Assembly (NCBI RefSeq): GCF_009914755.1
Contig: NC_060928.1
Length of the DNA stretch: 64,000 nt
Source of the DNA: the human T2T-CHM13v2.0 reference genome, Homo sapiens
Reading direction: 5' to 3' (one strand)
The translations under genes were made by a program, and so were the position numbers. Positions 46,441 to 61,245 of the stretch are shown here, in pieces. The notes beneath the pieces were generated by a model. That model was not told the DNA's origin, searched no databases, and saw only the letters and a program-made list of their open reading frames with translations. Every line of letters begins with the position of its first letter. Within the stretch, counting starts at the first letter, position 1.

Positions 46441-46714
46441 GTTACATTCTTTCAAAATATTATTAAAATTCTAATAGTATGAATTAAAAATTCTTAAGGT
46501 ATTTTATAATGCAAATAATTAAATTCTCTTGAATGAGAAAAATTTTAAAAACGTAAGATGTAAATATTAAAACATGTAAAAGTATTTTTAAATATGTCAC
46601 TGCTCAAAAATGTTATTTCTATTGTAGTGAGATATTTATTGCTTTCAAATCACTGTCTACCAGTGTTCTAAAAACTGCTAAGAGTTAGTTCATAAAAAAT
46701 AACATAGACTCAAA

Positions 46715-47220
46715 GTTCCTTATTACTGCCAAGTTTCCAAAAACTTTAATTTTGGTATATGACTCCTCTGCTTAAAAATTTTTATTATTCCCTATTTCCA
46801 ACAGAGTAAAATCCATATTCTTTATCCTAACATATAAAATTGTACATAATCTTAAGTCACATTACCAGCAGTTTTCAATGTTTATTTGAATGGTTGCAAA
46901 CTCCACTTTATTTCTACTTCTCACCAAATCCACTTCACCACGTTGGTTTTGCAGAAATGCTGCATAACAAATCCTGTTTCCATACCATTCCTATGGTTGC
47001 ACTGCTCACCTCATCAGGACCCTGATCTTCTTCAGCCAAGAGAACGCTGGGTATTTCTGTAAATGCTCTGCTTCCTGGAAGACCCTCCTGACCACATTAC
47101 TGGATTATTGTAACGATGTTATCAATAATATTGTTATTTTAGCCACCGTATATTCCTATCTTGCTAGATATTACACCCAATTGGGACAAGAACTATATTT
47201 ATTCCACTCAGTGTCTCAGA
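46715..47220 (+). mobile_element. LINE-2 remnant
   Basis: atgactcctctgcttaaaa, acagagtaaaatcca, cttcctggaagaccctcctgacc, gggacaagaactat. Confidence 0.5.
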
Positions 47221-48942
47221 GGAATAAATTAATCTTTCCCATTGTTGACTCTGCAATTCAAATCAGCATTTATTTTCTGAGTTGTAAATTGTAAGTCTTC
47301 ATCTCCCCATACGAAGGACTATAAAACAAAATATGCTAAACCAGGGAGAAGACCAAGAACAAGAGATGTTCTGATATGCATATAAGCTAGACCTGAATCT
47401 AAAACCAAGATGTTGGAGGGGAAAAATCCCGTTTCTAATACTCAATCTAGAGAAAACAGGCAAATTGTAAAATAACAGATTGGAGGCACAAGAAACAGAG
47501 TAAGGAGACACAAACATAGAGCTCATCTATGGATTTTTCCCATCTCTATAAATTGTGCTACCAAGAGAAGTAACTAAACACCTTCTGATCTACAAATACT
47601 GAACCATCTTAAAAGTTTTACATATAAAACTTGAATTCCGTTTTTTAAATCAACACAATGTAAGCAAATATTTTGAAACATTGAGGAGTGACCTTTTCCA
47701 CACCTCTCACTTCCATCCCGCGCCCATGTGCAATCACTTCTCACCATTTGTTTTTTTTTATTGTTATCCCCAAAATTCTGAGCTTCTTTCCTATTTCTTC
47801 ATACACAAACTTTCAACTTCATTTAGTAGCATCCTAATAAAATAAATGGTTTTTTTTTCACTTATAAGATGTCTCACCTTCCCTCCACCTTTTCCAAATA
47901 CGATAATAGCTGGAAAATTGTAAAATCTGTTTAATTTATATTTCTTGTTCTATTAGCCGTAGACATTTTGTCTTGACTACTTATCTGCTTTATAAGCTGA
48001 GATTATTAGCTTCAGCTTATTTCTATGTGTGCTTAAAAAAAGAAATTAAAACTGGCACATGGAAACATGCCTTAAGATGAAGTAAAAATAGAAAACAAAG
48101 TCAAAGACTTCTTGTGTATGCTCATTCATAATAGTAGGTTTTTTATTTCTGATTTTGCAAATTGGCTGTTAAAGGAATGCAATGAAGAAAATTTATTTAC
48201 CTAATATGGTAATGTCTGCAAAAAATTATAATTTTTATGTCTATGAGAGTATGAGATAGAAATAGTAAAACAACTCATTCCTTCCTAATTTTTATTTGTA
48301 CTTTCAATGTGAAAAGCTGTGTTATCTTTCTCTCTGTATATTTCATCAGTAACAGCGATTTCATATACAAAATACACTCAATATTTATATGACTCTGTCT
48401 TCTTTCAAATATAGCTACTCTGGAATTCAGGAGAAGAAACACATATAAAAACACAAAGAAAAACCATGTTAAGCCTATGCAATTGAGGGGATAGATGTGT
48501 TTTATGGAGGAAAATATGATGCTGGATCAATAATTGAGGAGAAATTATATTACAAATATTACAAAAGAAAGAAAACAGTGAGAGAATTATCTACATTTTC
48601 ACCTCATCAGTCACTGCCTACAACTTGTGGCTAAATTTGAGTGAAAAGTTACTATCTAATCAATTCCAAAGCTTCTAAAAGTAGGAGACCTACTGTTATG
48701 TAAATCATCACCTGATTTCACAGTTAAATGTGTAAAAGTGAACAGTCTTTCACCAATTTTCTAGGCGACTGTGCTAAAGCTATCTTTAGAGAAATGAAAT
48801 GTGACAGCAGTATAATTTCATTAGATATGTGGCCTATTTTAAAGCCTGAATGGGGGTAGGGGAGGGAAATAAAAGGGCTATTGTAAAAATTTATGCAGAT
48901 TATAATAAAGGCAAACAGAGTAGTAGAGAAGTAGTATGTAAC

Positions 48943-51150
48943 TGTCATAGCTGGCTTCCCAGGAGGTGAACTCTGAGATGTAGAATAGTGCTCAAGAAGT
49001 GTATTACAACTTCATACATATTCCTAGAATCAACTTTTGGGATGAGAAGGGAAGGAGAGGAAGCTGTATTTGCAGAGGAAAAAGTTTTACTGATGTACAC
49101 TTGTAATAAGGAACTCTACAGCTGGAATCACCCTTCAGAGACTTCCTGAGTTGAGACAAAGACATCAAACTTTTTTCTCCTCAGGCTTCTCAGGGATGAC
49201 TGAGACAGCAAACTTGTATAATCCTCTCCCCAGCCCCCACTTCCACATCAACCATGGGTTGGATTCAGGCTGCCCTGGGGAAGGGAGTTGTTGAGGTAAG
49301 TTAACAGGAGAAGGTCAATAATTGATCATTATCAGCAGGCATCATTCCCAGCAGCTGGGAGAGTAAGTCCTTCGGTTCTGAAAGGGGAACTGGACAGTGC
49401 ATCACAGCATCTAATGCCATTTACTCTTTGGTCACTCAGATCCACTTCATGTAAGTTCAGGAAACAGCTCCTCCAGGATTCTGATAGTCCTCTTTTCTTG
49501 GGAAGAAACAGAACGGGGAGGTTTGTGGGATGAACTCTAGCGCGCACAGAGTCTCACGACTATTACTCATCTTTTCCTTTCCCTGCTATCCATTCTAGAT
49601 CCTGCTTGCCTTCAGCTGGTGCCACTGCTGGACTAGGTGGCTCACCTGATGGGCATGAGCCAAATCCTCATCCTTGCAGGCTCTCAGCCTCTGGCCACCA
49701 GTTCTTTCTCAGGCAATGACTATTATACCCATTTACTCTGAAAACTGGGCAAGAGAGTACCAAGAGACAACCAAGTGGATAGCTAGATGTCAAAGAGATG
49801 CCTCCATTCCCCCACTGTGTAATGACACCACGACTTCCTCCTGATAATCTGGGTGTATTATTTCTGCCAGGATGATGAATGCTCTTTAAAGCTGGCAACT
49901 TTTCATGTAACTCTTTTAGAAGCTTTTCCCTCTCTGGGAACCAGGATCTCTAAATCTGCAGAAGCCGTGATTGTGGCGCTAGAAAGTACAGATGATAGTT
50001 AGCAGGAGAATGCTTACTTCTGCCCCTTAGCTCCCAGACCCATGTATTCTAACAACTGAAGACACAGCACCACACACTAGTCCTTGATTTAACTTGCATA
50101 TTGCATCCTGGAGGATGGCAGCTCATCTTGCAGTGCATCATATCGGGCTTATGCTTCAGTTGAGCCTCCCATGAACTATGCCATTGCTCTATAATCCCTG
50201 CAGGTCCCGGGTGGTATAGTATGTGACAGAACCTGTAGACCTTTTGGTTCATATTTTCATTGGTAAACCTCCTTTCCTGTTAAGTAGGCTCTCTGATGTG
50301 ATGTTGCATGGGTTACCATATCAATGGATCAGACGCATGTCAGCCCTTGAATATGGGTTTTGGCTAAAGCCCCAAAAGTAGGAAAGGCAAACCTGGAGCT
50401 GAAAAATGTAACATATTTCCATCAAAATTAATTGTTTCTCCTCAGGGTAGAAAAAGAGCAATGATGCCCACTTGCCACCAGGTGGCTGCTTCATCTTCTG
50501 AAGACCAAGGTCCTCCCCATCAGTTACCATTGTAGGCAGTTGGGACTTTTGGCAGCGGCAATGGCTAGATCAGATGTGCAGCAGTTGTCCCTTAAGTGCA
50601 AGTTTGCTTTCCAGGGTCTTCGTGGCCTGTGGTACAGAGAGAGGGAGACCACATTCACATAACTTTCCTTACAGTATATTGTTATAATTATTCTATTTTC
50701 TTAGTGCTGTTTTTAATATCTTACTGTGCCTAATTTATAGACAAATCTTTATCATAGATACATGTGTATATGAAAAAAACAGAGTATATACAGGGTTCAG
50801 TACTATTCACAGTTATAGGTATCCACTGGGGGTCCTGGAACATAGCCCTCACAGATAAAGGGGGACTGCTATAGTTAGGGGGGACCTGTGCTGTTGGACT
50901 TTATATATATGGTCTCCATCTCTGCCAACAAGGTCACTGTTTCTGTGCCCACTGGGCCAGTGCTGGTGTGGCCAATCACCCAGGCTGGTAGGGTCAACTG
51001 GCTGAGCCATTCGTTCTCTTGGTTGTTCAGTGCTTCTTCCATCATGGGTGCTCTCTGGTTGGTGTTGACATGAGATACAAAGATCTTGCCATGGCTGTAT
51101 CATTTCATTGTCCTCACTAAGTACTACTATCAGATCCATTTTCCTCAAAC
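48943..51150 (-). mobile_element. Old ERVL provirus remnant: LTR (~48943-49420) plus internal pol (RNase H/integrase) fragments
   Basis: Minus-strand translations HILYHPGPAGIIEQWHSSWEAQLK (ERVL integrase HPEAAGLIERWN-like) and RMAQPVD...GRDGDHIYKVQQHRSPLT (integrase N-terminal region). LTR-like ggcttcccaggagg...ctctgagatg and cccagcagctggg...aaaggggaactgg. Confidence 0.75.
50638..50870. mobile_element. MER44/Tigger7-type DNA transposon end, inside the ERVL remnant
   Basis: gagaccacattcacataact...cttactgtgcctaatttata...atccactgggggtcctggaacat...gataaagggggactgct. Confidence 0.8.
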
Positions 51151-52334
51151 ACTGCTTTATTTAAGTTATCCTCCTCGTTTAAAAGCATCAAAAGTGTTCC
51201 CCTTTTTCCTAAAGAAAAAATGAAACCAAAATTGTAAAACCTTCTCTAACCTTGTTCTAATTAACCTCTCTACTCCATACACAAAATATCGATGCAAATC
51301 GGAATGGTCTACATATCATCCCCCACAAATACGCAATTGGATTGCTTCTTTTGTGCTTTGCCCATACCATTTTACCCTTTTGAAAAGCTCTTCCTTCTCC
51401 TATTCATCTTTCAAAATGATCTAGATGAAAATATACATGGTAATCTAAGATCCGGCAGTGATCTCTCTCCCCTCTAGATTTTATCTTGAGAATACTATGG
51501 TGCATAGAGCACCCTATTAAAAATTCTTTGCATATAATCTCTCAGCCACTCTCATATCATTGTTCTGCTTTGTAATTTACCTTCCCACACAATTAAGTCA
51601 TTTTTCTAGTCTGTCTAAAGTGTAAATAATTTGAGGGAAGGTAGTATGTTGGCGCCGTATGCACTATAGTGCCCAGTAAATCCTGAATCAATGAATGTGA
51701 AAAAATACCTGCTGGAAGGTAAACATTTGTGCCACTTTCTCATTGAGAAAGAAGCCCTCCTAAATGCAGGATTTATACCATCCTGGAAATGGCAGCACTT
51801 AACATAATGCCAAATTATGTTCCATTCTAGGCCTATTTGTACCAACAGGGGGTCTCAGTACATTCACTGTGTAAAAAGGAAAGCTAATTCTTACAGTGTG
51901 GGATTCATGCAGGTCTTTTGTGTAAAAAAGAAAGTAAAAGCTAATATGATACACATATAATAGCAATGAAAGCCTGGGTAGCACATTACCAGCTAGAATC
52001 ACCAGGTAAAACACCCCCAGTGGTAAGTAATTATTCAGTGAACACCAAGCATTGAAGGCAGCATGCTAATGAAATTTTATAATCATAGCCATATTCAAGT
52101 AAAGCACCAAATGCCTGAAGATCAAGTCATTCATATGAAAGCATCTTTCCATCTTGGTTGCCAAAATAATTGTGAATTTTACTTTTTTAAAAATTATCTT
52201 TTGTTTCTAAATTTTTCAAGAGTTGAAGCTATTGAGTTTATTACAGTTCACCACTCAGTCACATCCTTTTAATGCTGCTAGGAATTAGGATCACATGACT
52301 CCACAAAATAACATTATAGGACCAGAATCTAGAG

Positions 52335-52570
52335 CAGTGACTCAAGTAGGAGCGATTTTGCTGCACACACCACCACTCCACTGCAGCCAGAAGACATTTG
52401 GGAATGTCCAAAGACATTTTAGTTGTCACAACCTGATGGGGGAGATGCTTCTGGCATCTAGTGGGCAGAGGCTGACATGCTGCTAAATATTTCACATTGC
52501 ACAGGACAGCCTCCCACAACAAAATATTTTCCTGCCTAAATATCCATATTGCTGAGGTATAGAAAACCTA
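52335..52570 (+). mobile_element. MER20 hAT-Charlie MITE
   Basis: gacatttgggaatgtc...agacattttagttgtcacaac...ctggcatctagtgggcagaggc...tgctgctaaa...tgcacaggacagcc. Confidence 0.88.
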
Positions 52571-52576
52571 ATCTAA

Positions 52577-52865
<289 letters not shown>

Positions 52866-53912
52866 TAACAAAAGGAAGTGCATCTTTCCTCTAGAAGTAA
52901 GAGATTAAACTGTGGCTTCAGTTTAAAATTAATTTATTGTATATAAAGACAAGAATAGATTTAAGAGGCAGTGATAACAAAGTATCATCTAAAATTTTGT
53001 CTAGAAATTTTGTATTGTAGCCAAGGTAGATCATACCATAAAGCAATGTGGAATTAAAACCACAGTGAATTCTGCTTCAGTTTCTTGTATTCTATGGACT
53101 TTAAGAGTTGCAAAATGACTTCTATTACCACAGTTGAAATGACATGGCATATTTTGAAGTTATCTGCTTCCCAGGGCTGGATATTAGGCAAGACATCGTT
53201 ACCATTGCCATGTGGATCCTTTAAATGTATTCCAACCAAATGGTTTCCAGAACCTGCTGTACTGTAACTCTTTCTGTATTTACAGCCTTTTCATCTCTCC
53301 TTGCCTCTTCCATTCATCAAGTGCTCTTAGCCTGACTTTATGCTTTCAGTGTGTTTGAAGTACACAGATGTAGACCCAGCATCTGTCTGCTCTATTCTGT
53401 AACAGAAAGTGTTCTCTGCTGAAGTGACAATCCACAGAGTAACTACCATGAGTTAGTTTCCCAACAATTCACTAGGGCCTTTCAATAAAAATAGTTACAT
53501 ATTGTTCTCAAAATAAGAAGTGATATTTCTTCTAATAACTGAACAGAAAGGGACAGGTGGAGTCGCTAGTTTCCATTAGTAGCAAATTTTGTTTCATTAG
53601 TAGCAAATTTTCTCAAAGTTCGTAGCACTAAGATATTTAAAGAGAAAACAGAAGGAGAAACACACCAAAAAAATTGTGTAGTGTGGCTCACAGTACACAC
53701 AATGCCCATTAGTAGTAGTAGCAGCAGCATTAAGACAGGAGCTCGCTCTGTCTCCCATTACTATTAATAATAATTAATGACAGGTAAGAAAACATTTCAT
53801 GGTATGGGGAAATCATATTGCTTTATATATGAGAAATTTGTATCGGATATAAAAATAAATGAGTTGTTGTGTTTCTCCAGTGAAAACAATAATAAAGAAA
53901 TATTCAAACTAA

Positions 53913-54250
<338 letters not shown>

Positions 54251-55739
54251 TGTCATGCATTCTTATGCTAAATAGGGAGTAATGGTAGAATGTGCTGTAT
54301 TTATTCATCTAGCATTTGTGGATGTACAGTGCATGAAACTGATAGGGAAGGCATCACCATGAAGAAGTATGAAGCAATTTTATTTTAACATAACAAATGG
54401 CAAAATAACCAGATAAAGAAAAGAGCAGAAAGAGCTAATTTTTCAAAAATCGAGATAATACCAGCTTTTAGTCATATAATTTGATGAATCCCTAGATGTT
54501 GATGATAACTAAAATGGAAAATGGAATATCTTAGCAGGCCAGCACCTGAACTCTGTCAAAGGTGTGCTCGTGAATATTTGTAAGATGTTTTTATTAGTGC
54601 TTGCCTCCGTTATAATGGTTGAAATTGCTAAAGGAACTTCAGCAAAATCAGAGAACATAAAATTTCCTATGGAAAGGACTCCTAGGATCCTAACTGTACT
54701 GTAGGTTTTAGGTGGTCACACAAAATACCTTAGAATTTCACCTATAATGGAAAAGGATTATTTTTAAGTCAATAGACAAACTTATAGTCCTTAATCCATT
54801 ACTAACTAGATAAATGCCTTGAGGAACTCAGATAATGTGTCTTGTTTCTGATTTCTTCACATGTAAAATTCAACTATATTTAACAAATATTTATTGAACT
54901 TGTCCTAGGAAGTGGATGGATGTCAGCAACATGAGAAAAAAGAAGACACAGTTTGTCTTTCTTGCTCTTCAATTATGACAAACTCTGTTTGTCTTTTGAG
55001 TATTGTGAAGTGAGATAGTTGATTAAAAGATCATACTAAAAGTATCAAAAGGAAGAGATAAGAGTTGAAACAAACAGAGGTGCTGTCCTGTTATCAGAGT
55101 GAGAGCCACCTGTGTCATTTATTATCAACTCAAACTTAGACATTCCTATTGGCTTATCATTGGCCAGGTTCCAGGTATCATGAACGTTCTGTACTGCCGT
55201 TTTTAATGTAAGCCTCACTCAAGTATTTAACAGAGCAACTAGGAAAAGAAAACTAAATGAACATTGTCCCACTGACTGCAATATGAACTAATCTTCACAT
55301 TGGGACCAAGGATAACAGTAAATAAGGGATGCTGGGGAACAAGTGGTTGCTGACTCCTATTCCTCACATTGATCTACTGGTCTTTTAGATAAAGTTGATA
55401 AATCCCTGTTTGACTATTTACCGAGGTAATTGATTTACCCAGAATTGATTGCTGTCTAGAAAGTTTAAGCAGTCTCTTAGATTCTTAAATATACATTCCT
55501 CAAGATTCTGTAAGTTTATCTAGACACATCACCAGGAATTAAACATTAAATGATACTACCTTTGCTTTCCAAAAGAGTTCCATCCATGAGTTAAAATATG
55601 ATACATTCTAAATACAGACATGATACATATTAATATAGGAAAGGTTATTTAGAAGCTTGCTTCTCTATAACTTTTGCAATCATTCAACTAAACTTCTTTC
55701 GCCAACCCTTAAACCTTGGATTCTTGCTAAACCTTGGAT

Positions 55740-55901
55740 ATTTAACTGGGTTTCAGAAGATGTATGAACTCTCCCAAATTTAATGCAAAAAAAAAAAAAG
55801 TCTTTTCTTTCTGGGCCCGATTGGAGATAGATCTGGTGCTTTCATCATCTTCTCAAAGGAGTCAGGAGTCTGTCATCTTTTAAAAACATTATGAACCACT
55901 C
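55740..55901. mobile_element. hAT-Charlie MITE remnant (MER103-like)
   Basis: gctttcatcatcttctcaaagg ... ttatgaaccact. Confidence 0.45.
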
Positions 55902-56447
55902 ACTCATTGCTCTGCTTGTAAGTCCTAGATTTAGAAGGGTATTATATTCTAAGCACATTGTTCCCCTAAAGAATCTTCCCTGTGATTCAGAGTCATACAT
56001 ATCACCCTACACTTCTTTCCACACTGAAAATGATAGTAGTTTTCATGATCTGTTTATATGTCTGTGGAGTGTAGGAGGAGTAAGAAAAGGTTGGGATAGG
56101 TAACCAAGTTACTATATAATTGAAAATGGTGACAGATTTCTTGGATACTTCACTTGGATATATGAGTAAAAGTTGGGAGAGACACGGCTGGAATTATGAT
56201 TTGATCCACTTTCTGATGGAGAGAACAGAGCATAATTATATGTCAACTGATGATCATGAATCAAGCTTCAGATGATATTCAGGCAGGTTGCCATGATTAT
56301 ATTTGCTGCTCTTTCAGTTTTAGAAAGACAAGTGAAGGCAGCAGCTATTCTCCTTTGGATCTGCATGACCTTGCACCAGAGGTCCCTGCAATGTTTCATC
56401 TCAATATTTCATCTTACTTCCACAATCTTTAACTAGGAAGCTATTTT

Positions 56448-59400
56448 ATTTTATTTTTATTTTTATTTTACTTCAAGTTCCAGGATACATGCGCAGAACG
56501 TGCAGGTTTGTTACATGGGTATACATGTGCCATGGTGGTTTGCTCACCTAGCAATCCATCATCTAGGTTTTAAGCCCTTTGTGCATGAGCTATTTGTCCT
56601 GATACTCTCCCTCCCCTCACCCACCACCCCTCCAGCAGGCTCTGATGTGTGTTGTTCCCCTCACAGGGAGGGGTTCTCATTACTGAACTCCCACTTATGT
56701 TTCTCATTACTCAACTCCCACTTATGAATGAGAACATGTGGTGTTTGGTTTTCTGTTCCTGTGTTTGCTGAGGATGATGGCTTCCAGCTTCATCCATGTC
56801 CCTGCAAAGGACATGATCTCATTCTTTTTTATGGCAGCATAGCATTGCATGGTGTATATATATCACATTTTCTTTATCCAGTCTATCATTGATGGGCATT
56901 TGGGTCCTTTCCATTACTTTATTGTTGTGAATACTGCTGCGATAAACATACATGTGCATGTGTCTTTATAGTAGAAAGATTTATATTCCTTTGGGTATAT
57001 ACCCAGTAATGGGATTGCTAGATCAAATGGTATTTTTGGTTCTAGATCCTTGAAGAATCGCCACACTGTCTTCCACAATGGTTGAACTAATTTACATTCC
57101 CACCAACAGTGTAAAAGTGTTCCTATTTCTCCACGTCCTCACCAGCATCTATTGTTTATTGATTTTGTAATAATTGCCATTCTGATTGGCATGAGATGGT
57201 ATCTCATTGTAGTTTTGAATTGCATTTCTCTAATGATCAGTGATGTTGAGCTTTTTTTCATATGTTTCTTGGCCACATAAATGTCTTCTTTTAGAAGTGT
57301 CTGTTCATATCCTTCGCCCACTTTTTGATGGGGTTGTTTTTTCCTTGTAAATTTGTTTAAGTTCCTTGTGGATTCTGGATGTTAGACCTTTGTCACATGG
57401 GTAGATTGCAAAAGTTTTCTCCCATTCTGTAGGTTGCCTGCTCACTCATGATAGTTTCTTTTGCTGTGCAGAAGCTGTTTAATTTAATTAGATCTCACTT
57501 GTCAATTTTAGCTTTTGTTACAATTGCTTTTGGTATTTTGGTCATGAAATCTTTACCCATGCCTGTGTCCTGAATGGTATTGCTTTGGTTTTCTTCTAGC
57601 ATTTTTAAGGTTTGGGGTTTTACATTTAAGTCTTTAATCCATCTTGAGTTAATTTTTGTGTAAAGTGTAAGAAAGGGGTCCAGTTTCAGTTTTCTGTATA
57701 TGGCTAGCCAGTTTTCCCAGCACCATTTATTAAATAGGGAATCCTTTCCTCATTGCTTGTTTTTTGTCAGGTTTGTCAAAGATCAGATTGTTGCAGATGT
57801 GTGGTGGTATTTCTGAGATCTGTGTTCTGTTCCATTGGACTATATGTCTGTTTTGGTACCAATACCATGCTCTTTTGGTTACTGTAGCCTTGTAGTATAG
57901 TTTAAAGTCAGGTAGTGTAATGCCTCCAGCTTTGTTCTTTTTGCTTAGGATTGCCTTGGCTATACAGGCTCTTTTTTGGCTTCATATGAAATTTAAAGCA
58001 GTTTTTTCCAATTCTGTGAAGAATGTCAGTGGTAGTTTGATGGAAACAGCATTGACTCTATAAATTACCTTGGGCAGTGTGGCCATTTTCATGATATTTA
58101 TTCTTCCTATCTATGATGATGGAACGTTTTTCCATTTGTTTGTATCCTCTCTATCTCCTTGAGCAGTGTTTTGTAGTTCTACTTGAAGAGCCCCTTCACG
58201 TCCCTTGTTAGCTGTGTTCCCAGATATTTCATTCTCTTTGTAGCAACTGTGAATGGGAGTTCATTCATTCTACTTGTCTATTGTAGGTGTATAGAAATGC
58301 TTGTGATTTTTGCACATTGATTTTGTGTCCTAAGACTTTGCTGAAGTTGCTTATCAGCTTAAGGAGTTTTTAGGCTGAGACAATGGAGTTTTCTAAATAT
58401 AGAATCAAGTCCTCTGCAAACAGAAATAATCTGACTTCGTCTCTTCCTATTCGAGTACACTTTATTTCTTTCTCTTGCCTGATTGCCCTGGCCAGAACTT
58501 CCAATACTATGTTGAATAGGAGTGGTGAGAGAGGGCATCCTTGTCTTGTGCCAGTTTTCAAAGGGAATGCTTCCAGCTTTTGTCCATTCAGTATGATATT
58601 GGCTGTGCATTTATCATACATGGCTCTTATTATTTTGAGATATGTTCCATCAATACCCAGTTTATTGAGAGTTTTTAACATGAAGGTATGTTGAATTTTA
58701 TCAAAGGCCTTTTCTGAATCTATTAAGATAATCATGTGGTTTTTGTCATTGGTTCTGTTTACATGATGGATTACGTTTATTGATTTGTGTATGTTGGAAC
58801 AGGCTTGCATCCCAGGGATGAAGCCGACTTGATCGTGGTGGATAAGCTTTTTGTTGTGCTGCTGGATTCAGTTTGCCAGTATTTTATTGAGGATTTTCAC
58901 ATTGATGTTCATCAGGGATATTGGCCTGAAGTTTTCTTTTATTATTGTGTCTCTGCCAGGTTTTGGTATCAGGGTGATGTGGGCCTTATAAAATGAGTTA
59001 GGGAGGAGTCACTCCTTTTCAATTGTTTGGAGTAGTTTCAGAAGGAATGGTACCAGCTCCTCTTTGTACCTCTGGTAGAATTTGGCTGTTAATCCATCTG
59101 GTCCTCGGCTTTTTTGATTGGTAGGCTATTAATTACTGCCTCCATTTCAGAACTTGTTATTGGTCTATTCAGGGATTTGACTTCCTGGTTTAGTCTTGGG
59201 GGTGTATGTGTCCAGGAATGTATCCATTTCTTCTAGATTTTCTAGTTTATTTGCATAGAGGTCTTTATAGTATTTTCTGAGGGTGGTTTGTATTTCCGTG
59301 GGGTCAGTGGTGATAGCCCTTTCATCATTTTTTATTGTTTATGTGATTCTTCCCTTATTTGTCTAGCTAGTGTTCTATCTATTTTGTTAATTTTTTAAAA

Positions 59401-60617
59401 TACAGTTCTTGAATTCATTAATTTTTGAAGGGTTTTTCATGTCTCTACTTCAGTTCTGTTATGATCTTAGTTATTTCTTATCTTCTGCTAGCTTTTGGAT
59501 TTGTTTGCTCTTGCTTTTATAGTTCTTTTAATTGTGACATTAGGGTGTCGATTTGAGATCTTTCTAGCTTTCTGATGTGGGCATTTAGTGCTATAAATTT
59601 CCCTCTTAACACCACTTTAGCTGTATCCCAGAGATTCTGGTATGTTTTGTCTTTGTTCTCATTGGTTTCAAAGAACTTCTTGATTTCTGCCTTAATTTCA
59701 TTATTTTTCCAGGAGTCATTCAAGAGTAGGTTGTTCAAGTTCTATGTAGTTGTGTGGTTTTGAGTGAGTTTCTTAATCCTGAATTCTAATTTGATTGCAC
59801 TGTGGTCTGAAAGACTGTTCTTATAATTTCAGTTCTTTTGCATTTGCTGAGGAGTGTTTTACTTCCAATTATGTGGTTGATTTTAAAATAAGTGCCACAT
59901 GACACTGAGAAGAATCTATATTCTGTTAGTTTGGGGTGGAGAGTTCTGTAGATGTCTATTAGGTTCACTTGATCCAGAGCTGAGTTCAAGTCCTGGATAT
60001 CCATGTTAATTTTCTGTCTGGTTGATCTGTCTAATATTGACAGTGGGGAGTTAAGTTCTCACACTATTATTGTGTGGGAGTCTATGTCTCTTTGCAAGTC
60101 TCTAAGAACTTGTTTTATGAATCTGGGTGCACCTGTATTTGGTGCATATATATTTAGGATAGTTAGCTCTTCTTGATGAATTGATCCCTTTATCATTATG
60201 TAATGCCCTTCTTTGTCTTTTTTGAGCTTTGTCAGTTTAAAATCTGTTTTATCAGAGATTAGGAATGCATCCTTTTTCTTTTTCTTTTCTTTTTTTCTTT
60301 TGCTTTCCATTTGCTTGGTAAATTTTCCTCCATCTCTTTTGAGCCTGTGTGTGTCTTTACATGTGAGATGGGTCCCTGAATACAGTGCACCAGTGGGTCT
60401 TGCCTGTTTATCTAATTTGCCAGTCTGTGTCTTTTAATCGGAGCATTTAGCCCATTTACATTTAAGGTTAATATTGTTATGTGTGAATTTGATCCTGTCA
60501 TCATGATGCTAGCTAGCACACGCTAGTTGATGCAGTTTCATCATAGTGTCATTGGTCTTTATATTTTGGTGTGTTTTTGCAGTGGCTTGTACCAGTTTTT
60601 CCTTTCCATATTTAGTG
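56448..60617 (-). mobile_element. 5'-truncated LINE-1 (~4.2 kb, L1PA8-like) covering the end of ORF1, decayed ORF2 and the 3'UTR
   Basis: ORF2 fragments [45 protein letters not shown]; (TTTTA)n tail; perfect 13-bp TSD aggaagctatttt (56435-56447, 60618-60630). Confidence 0.96.
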
Positions 60618-61245
60618 AGGAAGCTATTTTCTAACTTCATGAGTGTTCCTAGCAATTCATAGGTTAATCACCCATTAGAGTCTCAAGAACCTGGAGATTT
60701 GTTGAAGTCAGTAATGGTTTCCTAAGGAATGAAGCAGGCATAGATTTTTACCTCTTTCTTTATAACTTTATATTTTGACATCATGTTGGCTCTGAGTTGG
60801 ATGAATATCCCATTTCCATTTTCTGTAGCAAACAGGAAGCTAAACATGATGTTTTATTATCATAACATAGCATTGCGATTACACTAGCTTTGCTATACCA
60901 TTGAATACCACCCCAAGGGATAGCTTAAGATAAACTATTAGAAGTCTCAAATTATATTTTTAGTAGCAAACCTCTAAAATTGTATTGGCTTAAATCTCAC
61001 AAGACAGAACATTTTATTCTCTAAATAGTCTAAGTTATACTGTTGGTTTAAACAATAGCATAAATAAAATGTCCTGAAAAATTTTGGCAGTCATAGAAGA
61101 CATCACCAAAAGATCACGGTGCCAAATGACATCTACAGGTTAGGTCCCATTTATATTTATACCAGTTTACAGTAAATTTGAAAATTCTTCTCGCCTTACT
61201 AGCATAGTTTCTAATTTTCCAGTTTTCCTTCCAAATACTTTCCAG

